Positions 24,801 through 39,868 are shown, counted from the first letter of the stretch. The stretch is DNA of 64,000 bases from Thecamonas trahens ATCC 50062 (GCF_000142905.1 NW_013657658.1:310001-374000), one strand, 5' to 3'. Translations and numbers: made by a program. The notes: generated by a model not told the origin, from the sequence alone.

Positions 24801-27800
24801 GGGCGGTCGGGAGAGCTGGAGCAGACCTTGTTCTACTACAACGGCTATCCGGTGTGTGCCGTGTGTATGAGCACGTGTCGTTTGGGCGATGCCTGGGCAG
24901 CTGATCGTGTAGACACGTTCTCCTGCTGGTGCTTTACGTCTTCGTCGTGCAAGGTTCGCGAGGCGCTGCCGCGCAAGCTCTTCACCTCTGTGGTCACCAT
25001 TCTCATTGGCAAGGACGCAACGATCGAGCTTGAGGACGTGGGCGACGATACCACGTTCCTCATGTACTGCTGCAAGGAGGGGCTTGAAGAGCTCGCGCTC
25101 CTACTGCTGAGCAAGGACGTGGAGGTTGCGGCCACCAACGGCAACAACTCGACGGCGCTGCACTTTGCTGCCGAATTTGGCTTGCTCTCTGTGGTGGAGC
25201 AGCTGGTGTCTGGCCACCGTGAGCTTGCGGTCGACGCTGTCGACAACGACGGGTTCACGCCGCTGCACCTCGCTTGTCGGTCTGGTCACGACGCGGTGGC
25301 CAAGTTCCTTCTCGATGCCATGCGCGACAAGACAGCCGAGGAGCTGTGCAAGACAACGCGTGACCAAAAGACGCCGATGCATTTGCTTGCTCCCAAGATC
25401 ACCCGGATGCCCGAGACATTCAAGACGCTCATCAACCGCGCTTCGCTGGCAATGACCATGCTTGACGCCGAGTCGCGGACGCCGCTGATGATCGCGCACG
25501 AGGTGGACGGTGTCGACCTCAAGACGCTCGTCTCGCTCGTCGCCCTCACGGGCGATAAGCTGCTCCACGCTCCGCCAATTAATCTGGACGTCGAGCAGGC
25601 CCAGTCTTCAGGCCGGCCCAAGTACTCGGCGTCGGTCCTCCACATGGCAGCGCTCAAGGGTGAGCTCGGGCTAGTGCAGGCCATTCTGGAAGAGCTGGGG
25701 AAGCGGACCAAGTCGCAGCTGCGGCTCCACACCGAGCTTGCTTCGTTTGGCATCACAGCGCCGGAGAATGCGGCAGCCTACCCCTACGCTGGCCTCGGCA
25801 CCAAGCTCACGCCGCTGCACCTTGCAGTGATGAAGAGCAGCGCCAAGAGCGAGGCCGACCGGATCGAGATTGTGGAGCTCCTGCTGGCGGCCGATCCGCA
25901 GCTGCTTGAGACACCAGATGGCGCAGGGCGGACGCCGCTCCACCTGGCGGCCGAGGCCGGTTTTGTCAAGGGCGCGGCGGTGCTGGTTGAGTATGCCAAG
26001 CCACGTAATAAGGACATTCTGAATGTCCGCGACGGGTCGGCAGCAAAGCGGACGCCGCTGCGTGTGGCAGTCAAGATGACGACGCCGTCCGCTGAGGCTG
26101 CCAGTGGCAAGGATGCCGTGCCGGTCAAATCGGCACAGCTTGAGATGATCAAGTACCTTGTGGGCGAGGGTGCGCTTCTTGCACCGGATGACGGGAACAC
26201 AGGGCGGACCGAGCCGATTCTGCATGAGCTCATCAAGCTCCCAGACGCAGCCATTCTCGATGTGGTCGAGAAGCTCATCGAACAGGTGGGAGCCGCCGCT
26301 GGCGACGACGACGATGGCAGCGGCAGTGGCGGGGGGCCAGTTGCACAAGAGTTTGTTGGAAACGCTGTTGACAACCGCGACGAGTACGGGTTCGCCGACG
26401 GCGAAAGTGTCTCCGGTGACGGATCCGAGGGTGGCGTCGACCGCAACTCTCCGCGGGGAGCGACATCGCGCGGTGGGCGGATGCAAGAGCTGGCGAACGA
26501 GGTCGACGGTGACGGCAACACGCCGCTGCATGTGGCATGCAACAACGTGGCACTGCCCGACATGGCACTGCTGCTCATGGAGCACTTGCCGGGACTCGAT
26601 GTCAATGCACAGAACCATCTTGGCGAGACACCGCTAATGCGGCTGGTGATGGCGTCAGACGGAGCCAAGTCCAACCTCGACGAAGTCATCACTGAACTCA
26701 TCGCAGCAGGCGCGGACACGTCGCTTGTGCGGCGGTCGGACGGCGGCACAGTCCTCCATGCCTTGCTGGAGAAGGAGACGTCTACGGCGGTCGGGTATGT
26801 AGAGACCATCATCGATGCGCTCAACGAGTTTGAGGGCACCGATGTGCTCAAGGCGACCGTGGTTACGAAGAACCGCTCCTCGCGCAGCCCGCTTCACGTC
26901 CTGCTTCTCAACAAGAAGCTCGACCGGTCGCACCGAGTTTTGGTCCGCAAGCTCATTGAGGCTGGAGCAGACGTGACCGACACGTGCGACGGTGGGCGCA
27001 ATGCGCTCATGCTTGCGCTCAACGCAAGCAAGGACGTGTTTGCACGTGAGGTGCTTGACGCGCATGGTGACCAGATGCCGGGCTCGCACAACGACCGGCA
27101 AGTGGCGCTGCAACACTATGGGCCGATGCTGGAAGCGACCGACGACCACGGGGCTACTATCCTGCACTATGCGCTGCGGAACAAGCATGTGGCTCTGGCG
27201 CGACAGTTCCTGCCGGACCCCGCGGCGTCGTACGGTGGCGATGATGCACTGTTCGAGTCGCAGGAGTTTGGGGGCGGGACTTATCGCAAGCACCGGATGT
27301 CGCGCAACGATTCGACCGCGTCGGGCATCGGTCCCTACGATGCATACGACGAGTATGACGATGATGGCGAGCGGCTGAGTGCACGTAGCGGGCGCGGTGG
27401 GTATGGTGGCGGACACGATGACGAGATGTCGATGCGGTCCGGGATGGGTCATGGCGAGGCTGCGCCGCTGGAGAACGAGTACAACTTGCCTGCCGAGTCG
27501 CGCGAGCGCATACTCCTTGATGCACGCGATTCTGAAAATAGCAACATGACTGCGCTGCATCTTGCGTGCAAGGAGGGAGCGTGCAAGCAAGTGGCGCTGG
27601 ATATTGTGGCGACGGGGCGGGCCGACGTCAATCTCGCTGACTACAACAGCAAGGTCGCTCTCCACTACGCGAGTGAGACCGGTGCCAAGGACCTTGTCAA
27701 GGCGCTGCTGCTCCGCGGACTCGCCAACCCAACACTCCGTGATGGTTCAGGGCAGACCCCGCTCCACTCCGCCATCCAGCACGGTCACGACGACGTGGCC

Positions 27801-30800
27801 AAGACGCTCCTTGCAGAGTTTTCGGCGACAATGTCGCAAATCATTCCACGCGAGCGAGCGCGCGAGGCAGCCGAGCAGGCAAAGGCTGCTGCGGCTCGCG
27901 GACACGAGGTCCACGAAGGAGAGGCCCCCGTGTTGGACGAGGAGTTGGAAGCTGCTGGTGGCGCGGCCAGTGCGGTTGCCTTTGACGGGTCGATGTCGAA
28001 GGAGCAGGTTGCGCGGGCAGTGGCCAAGGAGCGCGAGACGTTTGTCAATGGGCTCTGCGGTGGCTACACGGCACTGCATCGGGCGCTTGTCAACCAGCGG
28101 CTGGGCCTCTTGCAGCAGCTCTTTGTCTCGGGCGCGTCGCTGGTATCGCGGACGGTGATGTCGCCCGAGGGCGATACGCCTCTTCACCTCGCAGCGCGCG
28201 AGTGCCCGAAGGCCATTCCGGTGCTGCTGGAAGAGGCGCGGCGGCAGTCACTGACGGCGCTGCAGCTGGATGTCAAGAACAGTGCAGGCAACACGCCAGT
28301 CCATGTGGCGGTTGCATCGGACGCGCCCGAGCTACGGGATCTGCTGCAGTTCCCGTTCTCGCCAAATGCGTTCAACAACAAGCTCCAGACGCCGCTCTCG
28401 ATTGCGATTGAGACTGAATCCGCAATGGTCCAGCACTTGCTGGAAAACTCGGCCAAAGCGGACGTGCTGGTGCGTAAGGGCGACGACTCGTCCGACTCGA
28501 TGCCGGTCGGGCTCCTTCATGTGGCACACGAGAAGCGGCGGCCTGAGCTGATGAAGATGCTGCTGGACAAGGGTGCCGATGTGGTGTCGGTCAATGCGGC
28601 CGGCGAGAACATCCTGCATGTGCTTGTCAAAGAGAAGAACAACGACATGGGCTTCCTGCAGTCGCTCATTGGGCGAATTGGAACAGGCATCAACGCGGTC
28701 ATTCCGTCGTCTGGATTTACGGCGCTACATTTTGCGGCGCAGGAGGGCATGGACGACCTGACCAAAACGCTCATCTACTTTAAGGCCAAGGCGATGCCAC
28801 GACGCACCTCGGGCAGACGCCGCTGCACCTGGCGACGCTCCGCGGGCATGCGCACATTGCGGAGCAGCTTGTCCGGGTCAACTGCGGGCTCAACATCCAA
28901 GACTACAAGATGCGGACGGCGCTGCACATTGCGGCGGAGCGTGCTGATTTGGCGATTGTGGCGTCGATCCTGTCGACGCGCAAGGCCGAGCTGCATTTGC
29001 AGGACATGAATGGGCGTGTGGCGTCGCAGCTGTTGTCCAAGACGCCTGCTGCGCGTGCGCTGATGGCCGAGTACGCATCGCTATCGCCTCGGGCGCCGTA
29101 CGCGCTCTCTGTCCGGCGGATGTACGCCGCCGGATCGAACGCGTTTGGAGAGCTTGGTCTGCCGCAGTCGGCCACGGAAGGCTCCGGGCCGGGCTCGTCT
29201 GGAGCCGGCGAAGCGCGCGGCGCGTCGCTGAGTCGGAACAAGTCGCGGCGGTGGGGCAAGGGCCCGAGCGTGGGGGCGCTCTCGCACGTCGAGTTCTTCC
29301 GGCGAAAGCGGGCGACGTTTGTGGCGACGGGCTCGTACACAACGCTTGTGGTGTTTGACTCGGGCGAGGTGTACACGTTCGGGTGGAACGAGCAGGGTGA
29401 TACCGGTTTTGATGCCAGCGAGAACGTTGTGGAGATGCCGCGGCTGATGAAGGCACTGGAGGGGGTGCACATTGTGACGGGCTCGATGGGCTCGTCGTTT
29501 GGTGCAGTGGTCTCGGACGCCGGCGCTGTGTACACGTTTGGTGCTGACAATGACGGGCAGCTCGGGCGGCCATCGGGCTCATCGATGCCGTCGCCCGGAG
29601 GGGAGGTCGGGCTTGTAGCCGACCTGGTGGGTGAGCGGGTAGTGGAGATCTCGTGCGGCGCATCGATGGCAGGTGTGGTGACGGACGGCGGTGAGCTGTT
29701 CACGTGGGGACGGGCGCGGGCGACCGGACGCGGGACGACTGCAGTTGTGCCACCGGGCAAGGCCCTCGGGTTTGTGCCCGAGGACCTTGTGGAGCGGTTC
29801 GAGACTTCGGGCACGCTGTCTGTGGCGATCACGCGGCGGCTCGACACCGAGTTTTCGTTTGTGTACGCCGCTGGCGAAGACACGTACGGAGCGGTGGGCA
29901 TGGGCCGCGACGACTTTGTGGAGTCGGAGTTTACGCTCCTGCCGACGCACTCGGTGCCCGGGCTCAAGACGCAGCTGCTGGACGTGGCTGTGGGCCAGTG
30001 GCACGTCCTTCTCCTCACAGCCTCTGGTGAGGTTTACGCGTCTGGCACTGCAATGTACGGGCAGATTGGACTCGGGTCTGCGGCGTCTGTGGCGACGTTT
30101 ACCAAGATCAACCATGGGCTCGACGAGCCAATTGCAAAGATTGACGCCGGCAGGTACCACTCGTCGGCGATTTCGCGGAGCGGAGTGTGGTACTGCTGGG
30201 GCGACTCTGCATACCGCAAGAACGGGCACATTGCGGACGAGACAGTGTACGCACCGCGCAAGGTGGCGCTGACCGAGACGGATGTGCTCGAGCATGTGGC
30301 GTGCGGCGTCGAGTACACGCTGTACATCAACTCTGCTGGCTCGCTGTTTGGCCTCGGCTACAACGACTACTCGTGCCTTGGCCTGGCCGGGGCGTACAAG
30401 TGGGCGACCGTGAGTCCGCCGGTGGAGGTGACGTCTGTCACCATTGGACTGCCGTCTATGATGGCAGTTGGGCTCAACTTTACGGCGGTAGTGACCGAGA
30501 ACGGCGGGCTCTTTACGTACGGCCACAACGAGTCTGGCCAGTGCGGGCGAAAGAGCAGCACACGGGTCGATGTGGCGCGAGTGGGCATCGGCGGGCGGCA
30601 CGACCAATTTGAGTACGTGGTCCAGGCTGTGACTGCTGGCGACTACCATGTGGCCGTCATCGATGAAGTCAACGATCTCTACACCATGGGCCGCAACGCC
30701 GCTGGGCAGCTTGGGCGTGAGACCGATGGTCTCTTTAGGCACGAGCTGGGCAAAGTCGAGTTCCCGCGGGTGCCGACCAAGGCGCGTGAGTCGTCAGCGA

Positions 30801-33800
30801 GTGTTGGTGGCGCCGCTGGAGCGGAAGGCGCGTCGGGTACGAGCGCCGAGCTGGTGGCCAAGTCGGCTGTGATGACCAAGCCGGATAAGGTGAAGGTGTT
30901 CCTTGTGTCTGCGTTTGCGGATACGACTGTGGCGTACACGTCTGCGGGTCTCTTTGCATGGGGCGCCAACGATTCGGGCCAGCTCGGGATCGGGTACAAG
31001 TCTGAGCGCGAGACCACGCCGAAGCTTGTGCAGCTCGAGCACACGGTGGTGCAGATTGCCGGCTCGCGCAACATCACGATGTTCCTCACGGCGGAAGACG
31101 GTCTGTTTGTGACCGGCGAGGGCAAAGCACTTGGGCCGATTGGGCCAACGTCGACGCCGCGGCGGGTGACCGTGGAGGACACTACCATCAACGAGGAAAA
31201 GTCGGTGGTGTTTATCGCTGCGGGCCCGCGGTTCTGTGCCGCGGTGACGTACGATGGGCAGCTGTGGATGGTAGGCGATCTGGCAAGCTCGCGGACGTAC
31301 ACGCGTGTTGACTTGTATGACCCGCTTGGGGCGTTTACGGTCATCGAAGTCGCACCGTACGGCGACGGGCTTGTCTTTCTCACCGACTCGGGTGAGCTCC
31401 GCGAAGTGATGGAGGTCTCAGAGGGCCCGTCTGCGGGCGAGGCTGTAGAGGCGCTGCTGGAGTCGGGCAAGGTGCTCACGTTTGGTACGGTCTCGTCGGA
31501 GCTGAAGACGGTGCTCGACAACGACGACGACGACCACCGGCAGGTGGTGCTCTCGATGGCCGGCTCTGCGTCGCACCTGACGGTGTCAACGATGCAGCTA
31601 ACGCTATGTGGTGAGCGGATCAACAAGAACGAGTACATGCCGCCGACGGTGCTCGTGCTGGGGCTCCCGCGGGGAACAAGCCAGGAGCTTGTGCGGAGCC
31701 GGTTCTCGAACTACGGCACGGTGGTCTCTGTCTCACTCCAGCTGTTCAAGCGGGCGGCGTTTGTAGGGATGGAGTCACTGGCAGCAGCCGAGGCGGCGGC
31801 GGCGGCGATGCACCTCAACTTTGTCGAGTTTGGCGAGCGGGTGGCGCGGGTCAAGGTCCGCGTCCTCCCCTCGTGTGCGCTCGAGTGCGAGGTTGCCGAG
31901 TCGCCGATGCCTCGGTCGGACTTTTGGTACCGGTGGCGCGACGTGCGTGAGCTGCCGTTTTCGCGGTCCGACCTGCTGACAGAGCACCCGGAGCTGTCGT
32001 ACGCGCTCTCGCCACTGCTGTTGTGCTCCAAGTGCACGCGCGACAAGGGCTTCAAGTACGCCATCACCAAGCGGTCCAAGTGCCGCGAGCTCTCCCGCGA
32101 CGAGGTGGCGAAGAAGGTGAACGAGTGCCAGGCGGCCGGCCGCAAGTACCTTGACGATGCGTTCCTGCCGAGCGAGGCTGCGTTGTGGAACGATCCGGAC
32201 AAGCCTGGTGACCCGCACTACATCACGTATCCGTCGACGTGGCGCCGGCTGTCGGACTTGTTTGAGACGATGCCTAACCCGCGTGTGTTTATCGACGGTG
32301 CGGAGGGTGCCGACGTGGAGCAGGGCGGGATTGGGACGTGCTACCTTTTGGGATGCGTGGCGGTCCTTGCGACGAACCAAGAGTACATTGAGAAGGTGTT
32401 CATCAAGCCGTGGAACGTCGACGTGGGCATTTACTCGCTCATGTTCTCGCACAACAAGCTGTGGAAGTACGTCATCATCGACGACTACGTACCGTGCCTG
32501 GAGAGCACTCAGGGCGCAGATCCGTGGGAGAACCCGCTGCCTGTCTATGCGTGGTCAGCCGATCGCAACGAGATGTACGTCATGCTCATCGAGAAGGCAT
32601 ACGCCAAGTTTAAGGGTTCGTACGAGGCCATTGACGGCGGTGTCGACCGGTACGCCATGGTGGATTTGACCGGCGGCGTGTGCGAGGCGCTCAAGTTTGA
32701 CGACCCGAAGATCTCGCGATCGCTCAAGACCGGTGCGTTCTGGGAGACGATGGTACTGTACAAGGCGCAGAACAAGCTCATGTCATGCTACATTGAGGAC
32801 CTGAGTGCAGACAACGAGGAGCCGACGGAGCAAGGCTTGCTGAAGGGTCACGCGTACGCAATCACGGGTGTGTGCGTGGTCGGGGCCAACCGTCTCCTGC
32901 AGATCCGCAATCCGCACGGGTCGACAACATGGTCGGGCGCTTGGCACGACCTCAAGCAGGAGGTTGTGGGCGGCGACGTGGTTGACGACGGCCAGTTCTA
33001 CATGTCGTACAATGACTTTATCAAGGGCTTTACGGCGGTCGACGTGACGACGCTGCTTCCAGACTCGGACGACGTGGCGCTTCCGGGCGCGAGTCCCGGG
33101 TCGCGCGCGCACGACGCGGGTGGGCTGGATGTCGAGGATCTCGACACGCTCGAGCTCGCAGTCAAGGCGCTGTCGGGCGCGGTCGAGAACCTGCCGTATG
33201 CCGATGGAGCGCCGGCGTCGCTGGGCGCAGCAAGTACAGAGAGCTCGGGAACACCGTCGGGTGGAGTGACAGGCAACGCTGCGCCGCTGGCTGGCGGCGC
33301 GGCGCAGCCGGCAGTGGACGCGCTGACCGACAAGTTGCGGTCGATGGCGGAGAATCCGGCAGCGGACGCTGTGGTGGACCCGACGCTCGCGGCGGCGTGG
33401 ATGATCGATGGAACGGTGACAACGTCGTCTCTGGGCGGTGAGTCCGAGACGGCGTCGGGTGCACGGAAGCAGGTCTTCCGGCTCGACTGGGCCGAGGGCG
33501 AGTCGGGTTGCCGCAAGGCGTTTGCGCTCAAGCTTGGGCGCAAGGCGGCAGACGTGACGGTGGAGATCCGGCAGCAGACTGCGGATGAGTCGGCGATCGA
33601 CGGCAAGGCCGTGACGCTGCTTGTGTGTCGGTGGCGGACGGGTGTTGACTACTTTCCGGCCAACCGCGAGCGCGGGGCGGTGCTGGCGTCGGACCTGCGA
33701 ACGGCAGACATTGTGGACCGGATCTTCCCTTCGCGGGCCACCAAGGCATCGCTCTCGCTCTACCTTCCGCCTTCGAAGGACTACACATACGTCATTGTGC

Positions 33801-34858
33801 CATCGCTGATGTCGGCCGGTCCGCACACAGCGTTCCTCTCAATCTTTACCTCGTCGACGGTCCGGGTTGATCCGGTCCAGCTCGTCGAGTACTTGTGGGA
33901 TTCCAAGCCCGCCACAGAGAGAGACATTGTGGAGGGGACCGGTCAGTTCTTTGTCTTCCGTGACGACGCCGTCGAGACCGACGAAGAGGACGAGTCGGGC
34001 GAGGATCCGCTCGACGCCGAAAAGGCAGCGCTTCAGGAGGCGGCTGTCGGTCTGCCGGCATCGCTGCATCCGGTCACCGTCGGCGGTACCTCGTTTGCAC
34101 CCGCCCGCGTCTCGCTTGAGCAGCTGGCGGCCGAGGCGGCGGCTGTGCCCCGAGCTGCCGCAGCTCCAGACATTGTGCCCGGGCCAGTTGCAGGCGTGGC
34201 ATCGCCAATCCCACACGGGCGACTTGCACCGCTCAACCCGTACGAAGCGCCAGCGCCGGCGCCAGCTGCTGTGCCTGGGTACGCGGCGCCGAGTCCGAGC
34301 TATCCAGCATACCAGGCCTACCCAGGCGCCCAAGGCTTCCAGGGCCATCAAGTCTACCAGGGCTACCCGAGTCCGGGATACGGCGGCCAGACGGTCGGCC
34401 AGGGCCAGGCTCCGGCTCCGGTCCATGCGGGAGCGTACACAAGTCCACTTGTGGCCGGCGGACCGTCTGGCCTCGAGCCCCGCTATGGTGGGATGGTACC
34501 GGTGCGCGAGACACGGCCATCGTCGACGGCATCGTCGATGTACATGTCGCAAGCATCGGAAGAGGTGTTCGGGGGCATCTCGACCCGGGCACAGCCGAGC
34601 GGCCGCGGACAGGGACATGTCGGCGGCGGAGGGCAGCTCCCGGCATTGCCGCGGCGGCAGGGCGGCGTTGGCCGCGGCACAGAGGCTGGGTCGGCCGAAC
34701 GCAGCCCGATTCCGCGGCGTGGCGGCGGCGGAGGCGCACCGAGCCGACGCGACCGCGGGCGAGGCGCGGCGGCGCTGCCGCGGCTGCCGCGCGAGGCGAT
34801 GGCGGCGCGGGCGGCGCGGCGGACACCGCCTCGGCGGCCGCGGCGCGACAATCCGTAG
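12820..34858 (+). CDS. Giant ankyrin-repeat / UBR-like Zn finger / RCC1-repeat / RRM / calpain (CysPc plus domain III-like) protein, ~7,070 aa after repair
   Basis: Five ORFs (12808, 14829, 19328, 21681, 28910) fuse in frame after adding one base at C6 14702-14707, near 19095-19105 and near 28789-28792, and removing 823 bp (20894-21716). The last two repairs restore ankyrin motifs (GETPLLLA, GQTPLHLA). RCC1 motifs (VYTFGWNEQG, LFAWGANDSGQLGIG), RRM (TVLVLGLP...AAFVGM), calpain triad QGGIGTCYLL / GHAYAI / IRNPHG. Confidence 0.75.
20894..22519 (+). repeat. Direct duplication of 803 bp (20894-21696 and 21717-22519) with a 20-bp spacer
   Basis: Copies are offset by 823 bp. I see three substitutions (TCA/TCT, CAG/CAA, CAG/AAG). 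Spacer gcactcgctgcgttacgaac. Confidence 0.92.
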
Positions 34859-34888
34859 TTTGATAGGTTAACAACGTAAAATGAGGAT

Positions 34889-37254
34889 TTACATGCCCAT
34901 GCTCGCCAGCTGCAACTGGGTGATCTTCTCGACCATACGGTGGACGTCGGCGCGGAGAAGATCGTTGTCGGCGTGCTCCTTGGCAAGCGCAGCCTCAAGG
35001 TCGGCGACCTTGGCCAGCACAGCCTCGTAGGCGGCCGTCTGCTTGGCAAGGCGAGCCTCGGCCAGGTCAGCGCGCTTGGCGTCGTCGGCCGAGGCCGCAG
35101 ACAGAGGCAGAGTGGCGGTGTCCGGGCAAACGCGGACGAGGGTCGAGTCGGAGCGGAATGACGGCTCAACGATGAGGGTGGCAATGTCGAGGACGGTGGC
35201 GAAGGAGGTGAGCTTGGAGGTGAGCTCAATGCCGCAGTTGACAAGCTGGATGCGGAGGTCGGCGACTGGGTTCGCGTCAGGCGCCGAGACGTCGACGGCC
35301 CGGCCTTGAGGCGCAGAAAGTTGAGCGTCCGCTCAAGCACAGCCTGGGCCACTTTCTGGCGCCATGAGTCGAGGACAAGGACGCCCGAGGGGTAGCAACA
35401 GCAGCATCTGATGAGCCTGTGGCAGCGTTGCCGTTCTTGGCAGCAAGCGACGAGAGCGCAGCAGAGTGAACCATGCGGAGGCTGAGGTGCCGCGGGCCGG
35501 ACCGTGCGTTGGACGCGGCCTTGGACGGCGAAGTGAGCGCAGCCGGTGACGACGACGCGGAGGGGCTCTCGTCAGCAATGGCCAGAGTGGCGATGCGAGC
35601 CTTGACCACGCGCTCGTTGGTCCTGTGCTCGAGCGCGAGCTCGATACCAGAGAGGTGGAGGCAAGAGACAAGCTCGGACGTTGCGGCGGCGGCAGCCGAC
35701 GGCGGAAGGGTTGGCAAGGCGCGGGCCTTGGTCTTGGTGCTCGCGCTGGCCGGCGACGCTACGACAACGTTACGCTTGGGATCGAGCAGCTCGACAAGCG
35801 CAAGGTCGACAAAGATGGCAACGCGGAGCGCCGTCGAGTCAACAATCTGCATGACGAGAGCGTCGTCGACGGGTGCCGGGCTATCAGATGCAGGGCTCTG
35901 CGGCGGCGGCGGCGCGGACAACGGCGACGCAGGCACCGAGGCCGCCTGGTAGTGCGAGACGTCCCAGGCGAGCTTGTGCTCGTAGACCGAGGAAAAGTAG
36001 AGGTACTCGTCGTGGGTGCAGTGAGCAACGATGGAGGCGACGCGGAGGAAGAGCTCGACAGACGGCAGGTCGCCCGGCTCGTCGTAGGTGAGCAGATCAA
36101 GCTGGCAGGGAATGGGGTCGAGGACAACGTGCGGCGAGGCGTCGTGGCGGGGGAGGACCTCGACCCACATGCCATCGAGATCGACCTGGTAGGCCGCGGC
36201 AACGGCGCGGGTCGAAGCAGCGAGCGAGCCGGTGTAGTCAAAGTCCGATGTGTCAGCCGGAAAGGCGTGGAGCGGGAGGGCAAAGAGGCCAGCGGAGAAG
36301 CAGGAAGCCGGCGGCTTGAGCGGCAGGTTCTGGAGGTGGATGGTGGAGAAGTTGAGGCGGGCGACAATGTCGGCAATGTGTGCCGGACAGGCGCGGCCGC
36401 GGGGCGGGAGAATAATGACCGGCTGCAGGAGGGCGATGTTGAGCTTGAGCGGGACAGACGGCGGGGCGTGGAGGTCCGAGTCGCCGGCGGCAATCGTGGC
36501 GAGCTTGGCGTTGAGTTTGGCTGCTGGCGAGCCCGGACGGCGGAGACATCGAGCGCGGTGAGTTCCCAGTCTGCGGGCCGCCAAAAGTAGTAGAAGCGGA
36601 CCCACTCGTCGCGGTCGTAGACAATGCGGACAGAGCGGAGGGTGAGCGAGAGCTCGGACGAGAGGTCCGGGCGCTCCTTGCCGTCGGCGATCGAGCGGTG
36701 GACGAGGCGGAGCTCGCCCATGGGCAGAGCGCCGCCGGCAGGCGCGCCGCCGGTGGCAGACTCGCGCGAAGTGAGCAGGTCGAGGTACGCTGGGTGCTTG
36801 TCTTCCGACGAGACCGAGGAGTGCAGCATGAGGGTCTGGAAGCGGGCGGTGAGGGCGAGCTCGCGGATGGGTGGAGGGTGGGGCGGGGTGGCGGCAGCGT
36901 CGGCCGGAGCGCGGGTGACGGCAAGCGCGCCGGCCTGCGGCGTGATGTCGACGACCACGTTCTCGGAGAGAAAGTTGGCAAACGAGGCCTGCTCGCCTGA
37001 CGGCAGGTTGTGGAGCAGGACGAGCGAGACGAGTGAGATGGAGGCGCGGATGGAGGGGCGGGTAAAGTTGTGGGCAGCATAGAGCTCAGACGCGCCTGCG
37101 GCCGACGGCTCGGCCTCATCCCAGGGGCTCGAGTCGGCGGTGCCGTGGGAGGAGCCGCCCCACGACGACGAGTCGTCGGCCGGGCCGCGGTCGTCGGCGG
37201 CCGGCACGCGCAGTGAGTCGGAGGCGGCCGAGTGGCGCGGGCCGCTGGCCGGCG
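34889..37254 (-). CDS. VPS13-like bridge lipid-transfer protein (repeating beta-groove segments) with C-terminal coiled coil; 5' end in the assembly gap; three frameshift repairs
   Basis: Segments LTLRSVRIVYDRDEWVRFYYFW, LKLNIALLQPVIILP, ARLNFSTIHLQN, YQVDLDGM, HVVLDPIPCQLDL follow the VPS13 repeat pattern. Frames join near 36526, at GGGG 35389-35392 and near 35300. Final frame ends AKVADLEAALAKEHADNDLLRADVHRMVEKITQLQLASMGM, stop 34889-34891. Confidence 0.6.
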
Positions 37255-37723
37255 NNNNNNNNNNNNNNNNNNNNNNNNNNNNNNNNNNNNNNNNNNNNNN
37301 NNNNNNNNNNNNNNNNNNNNNNNNNNNNNNNNNNNNNNNNNNNNNNNNNNNNNNNNNNNNNNNNNNNNNNNNNNNNNNNNNNNNNNNNNNNNNNNNNNNN
37401 NNNNNNNNNNNNNNNNNNNNNNNNNNNNNNNNNNNNNNNNNNNNNNNNNNNNNNNNNNNNNNNNNNNNNNNNNNNNNNNNNNNNNNNNNNNNNNNNNNNN
37501 NNNNNNNNNNNNNNNNNNNNNNNNNNNNNNNNNNNNNNNNNNNNNNNNNNNNNNNNNNNNNNNNNNNNNNNNNNNNNNNNNNNNNNNNNNNNNNNNNNNN
37601 NNNNNNNNNNNNNNNNNNNNNNNNNNNNNNNNNNNNNNNNNNNNNNNNNNNNNNNNNNNNNNNNNNNNNNNNNNNNNNNNNNNNNNNNNNNNNNNNNNNN
37701 NNNNNNNNNNNNNNNNNNNNNNN
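37255..37723. other. Assembly gap (N run)
   Basis: 469 Ns. Confidence 0.99.
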
Positions 37724-37724
37724 A

Positions 37725-39287
<1,563 letters not shown>

Positions 39288-39356
39288 GTGAGCGTGCATG
39301 AGTGTGGCTGTAAAAACAAGCGACCTTTAGCAGGTGGTTGGCAGCCGCCAGGCCAC

Positions 39357-39837
39357 CTACCGCAGTGACCCGTCAGTCTGCGAGCCACTGTCGTCGTAGT
39401 TCTCGTGCTCGTCAGCCGCGCTCTCGCCGGAAGCGCTACTGCTGCCGGCGTCACGGTCTGTCGCCGCAGGCGCTGCTGGCGCGAGCCGCAACAGCTTGGA
39501 TGGCTCCGAGACATACACCCGGAGCGCGTAGCTGAGCTCGACGCCGGGCTCCCATGTCGAGACGACGACAACAAGCTGCGCACCCGGCGCCACCAGCGCC
39601 CGCCGCGACACACGCGCTTCGAGGCCGACATCGCGGGTCTTCTGGTACTTGGGTCCGGCGACGCTACGGCCATCGCCGGCGATCAGCCGGGTCCGGGTAG
39701 TACTCTCGTCGGAACGGTGGGCGAGAACCAACTGCAGGCCGAGCGCGTCGGGATAGCCGACTTCGGAGCCGGCGACAAGCCGCGAGTCGGGCTGCGAGAG
39801 CACCAGCAGGAGGTGGATGGTGTCATCGTCAGCGTCA

Positions 39838-39868
<31 letters not shown>

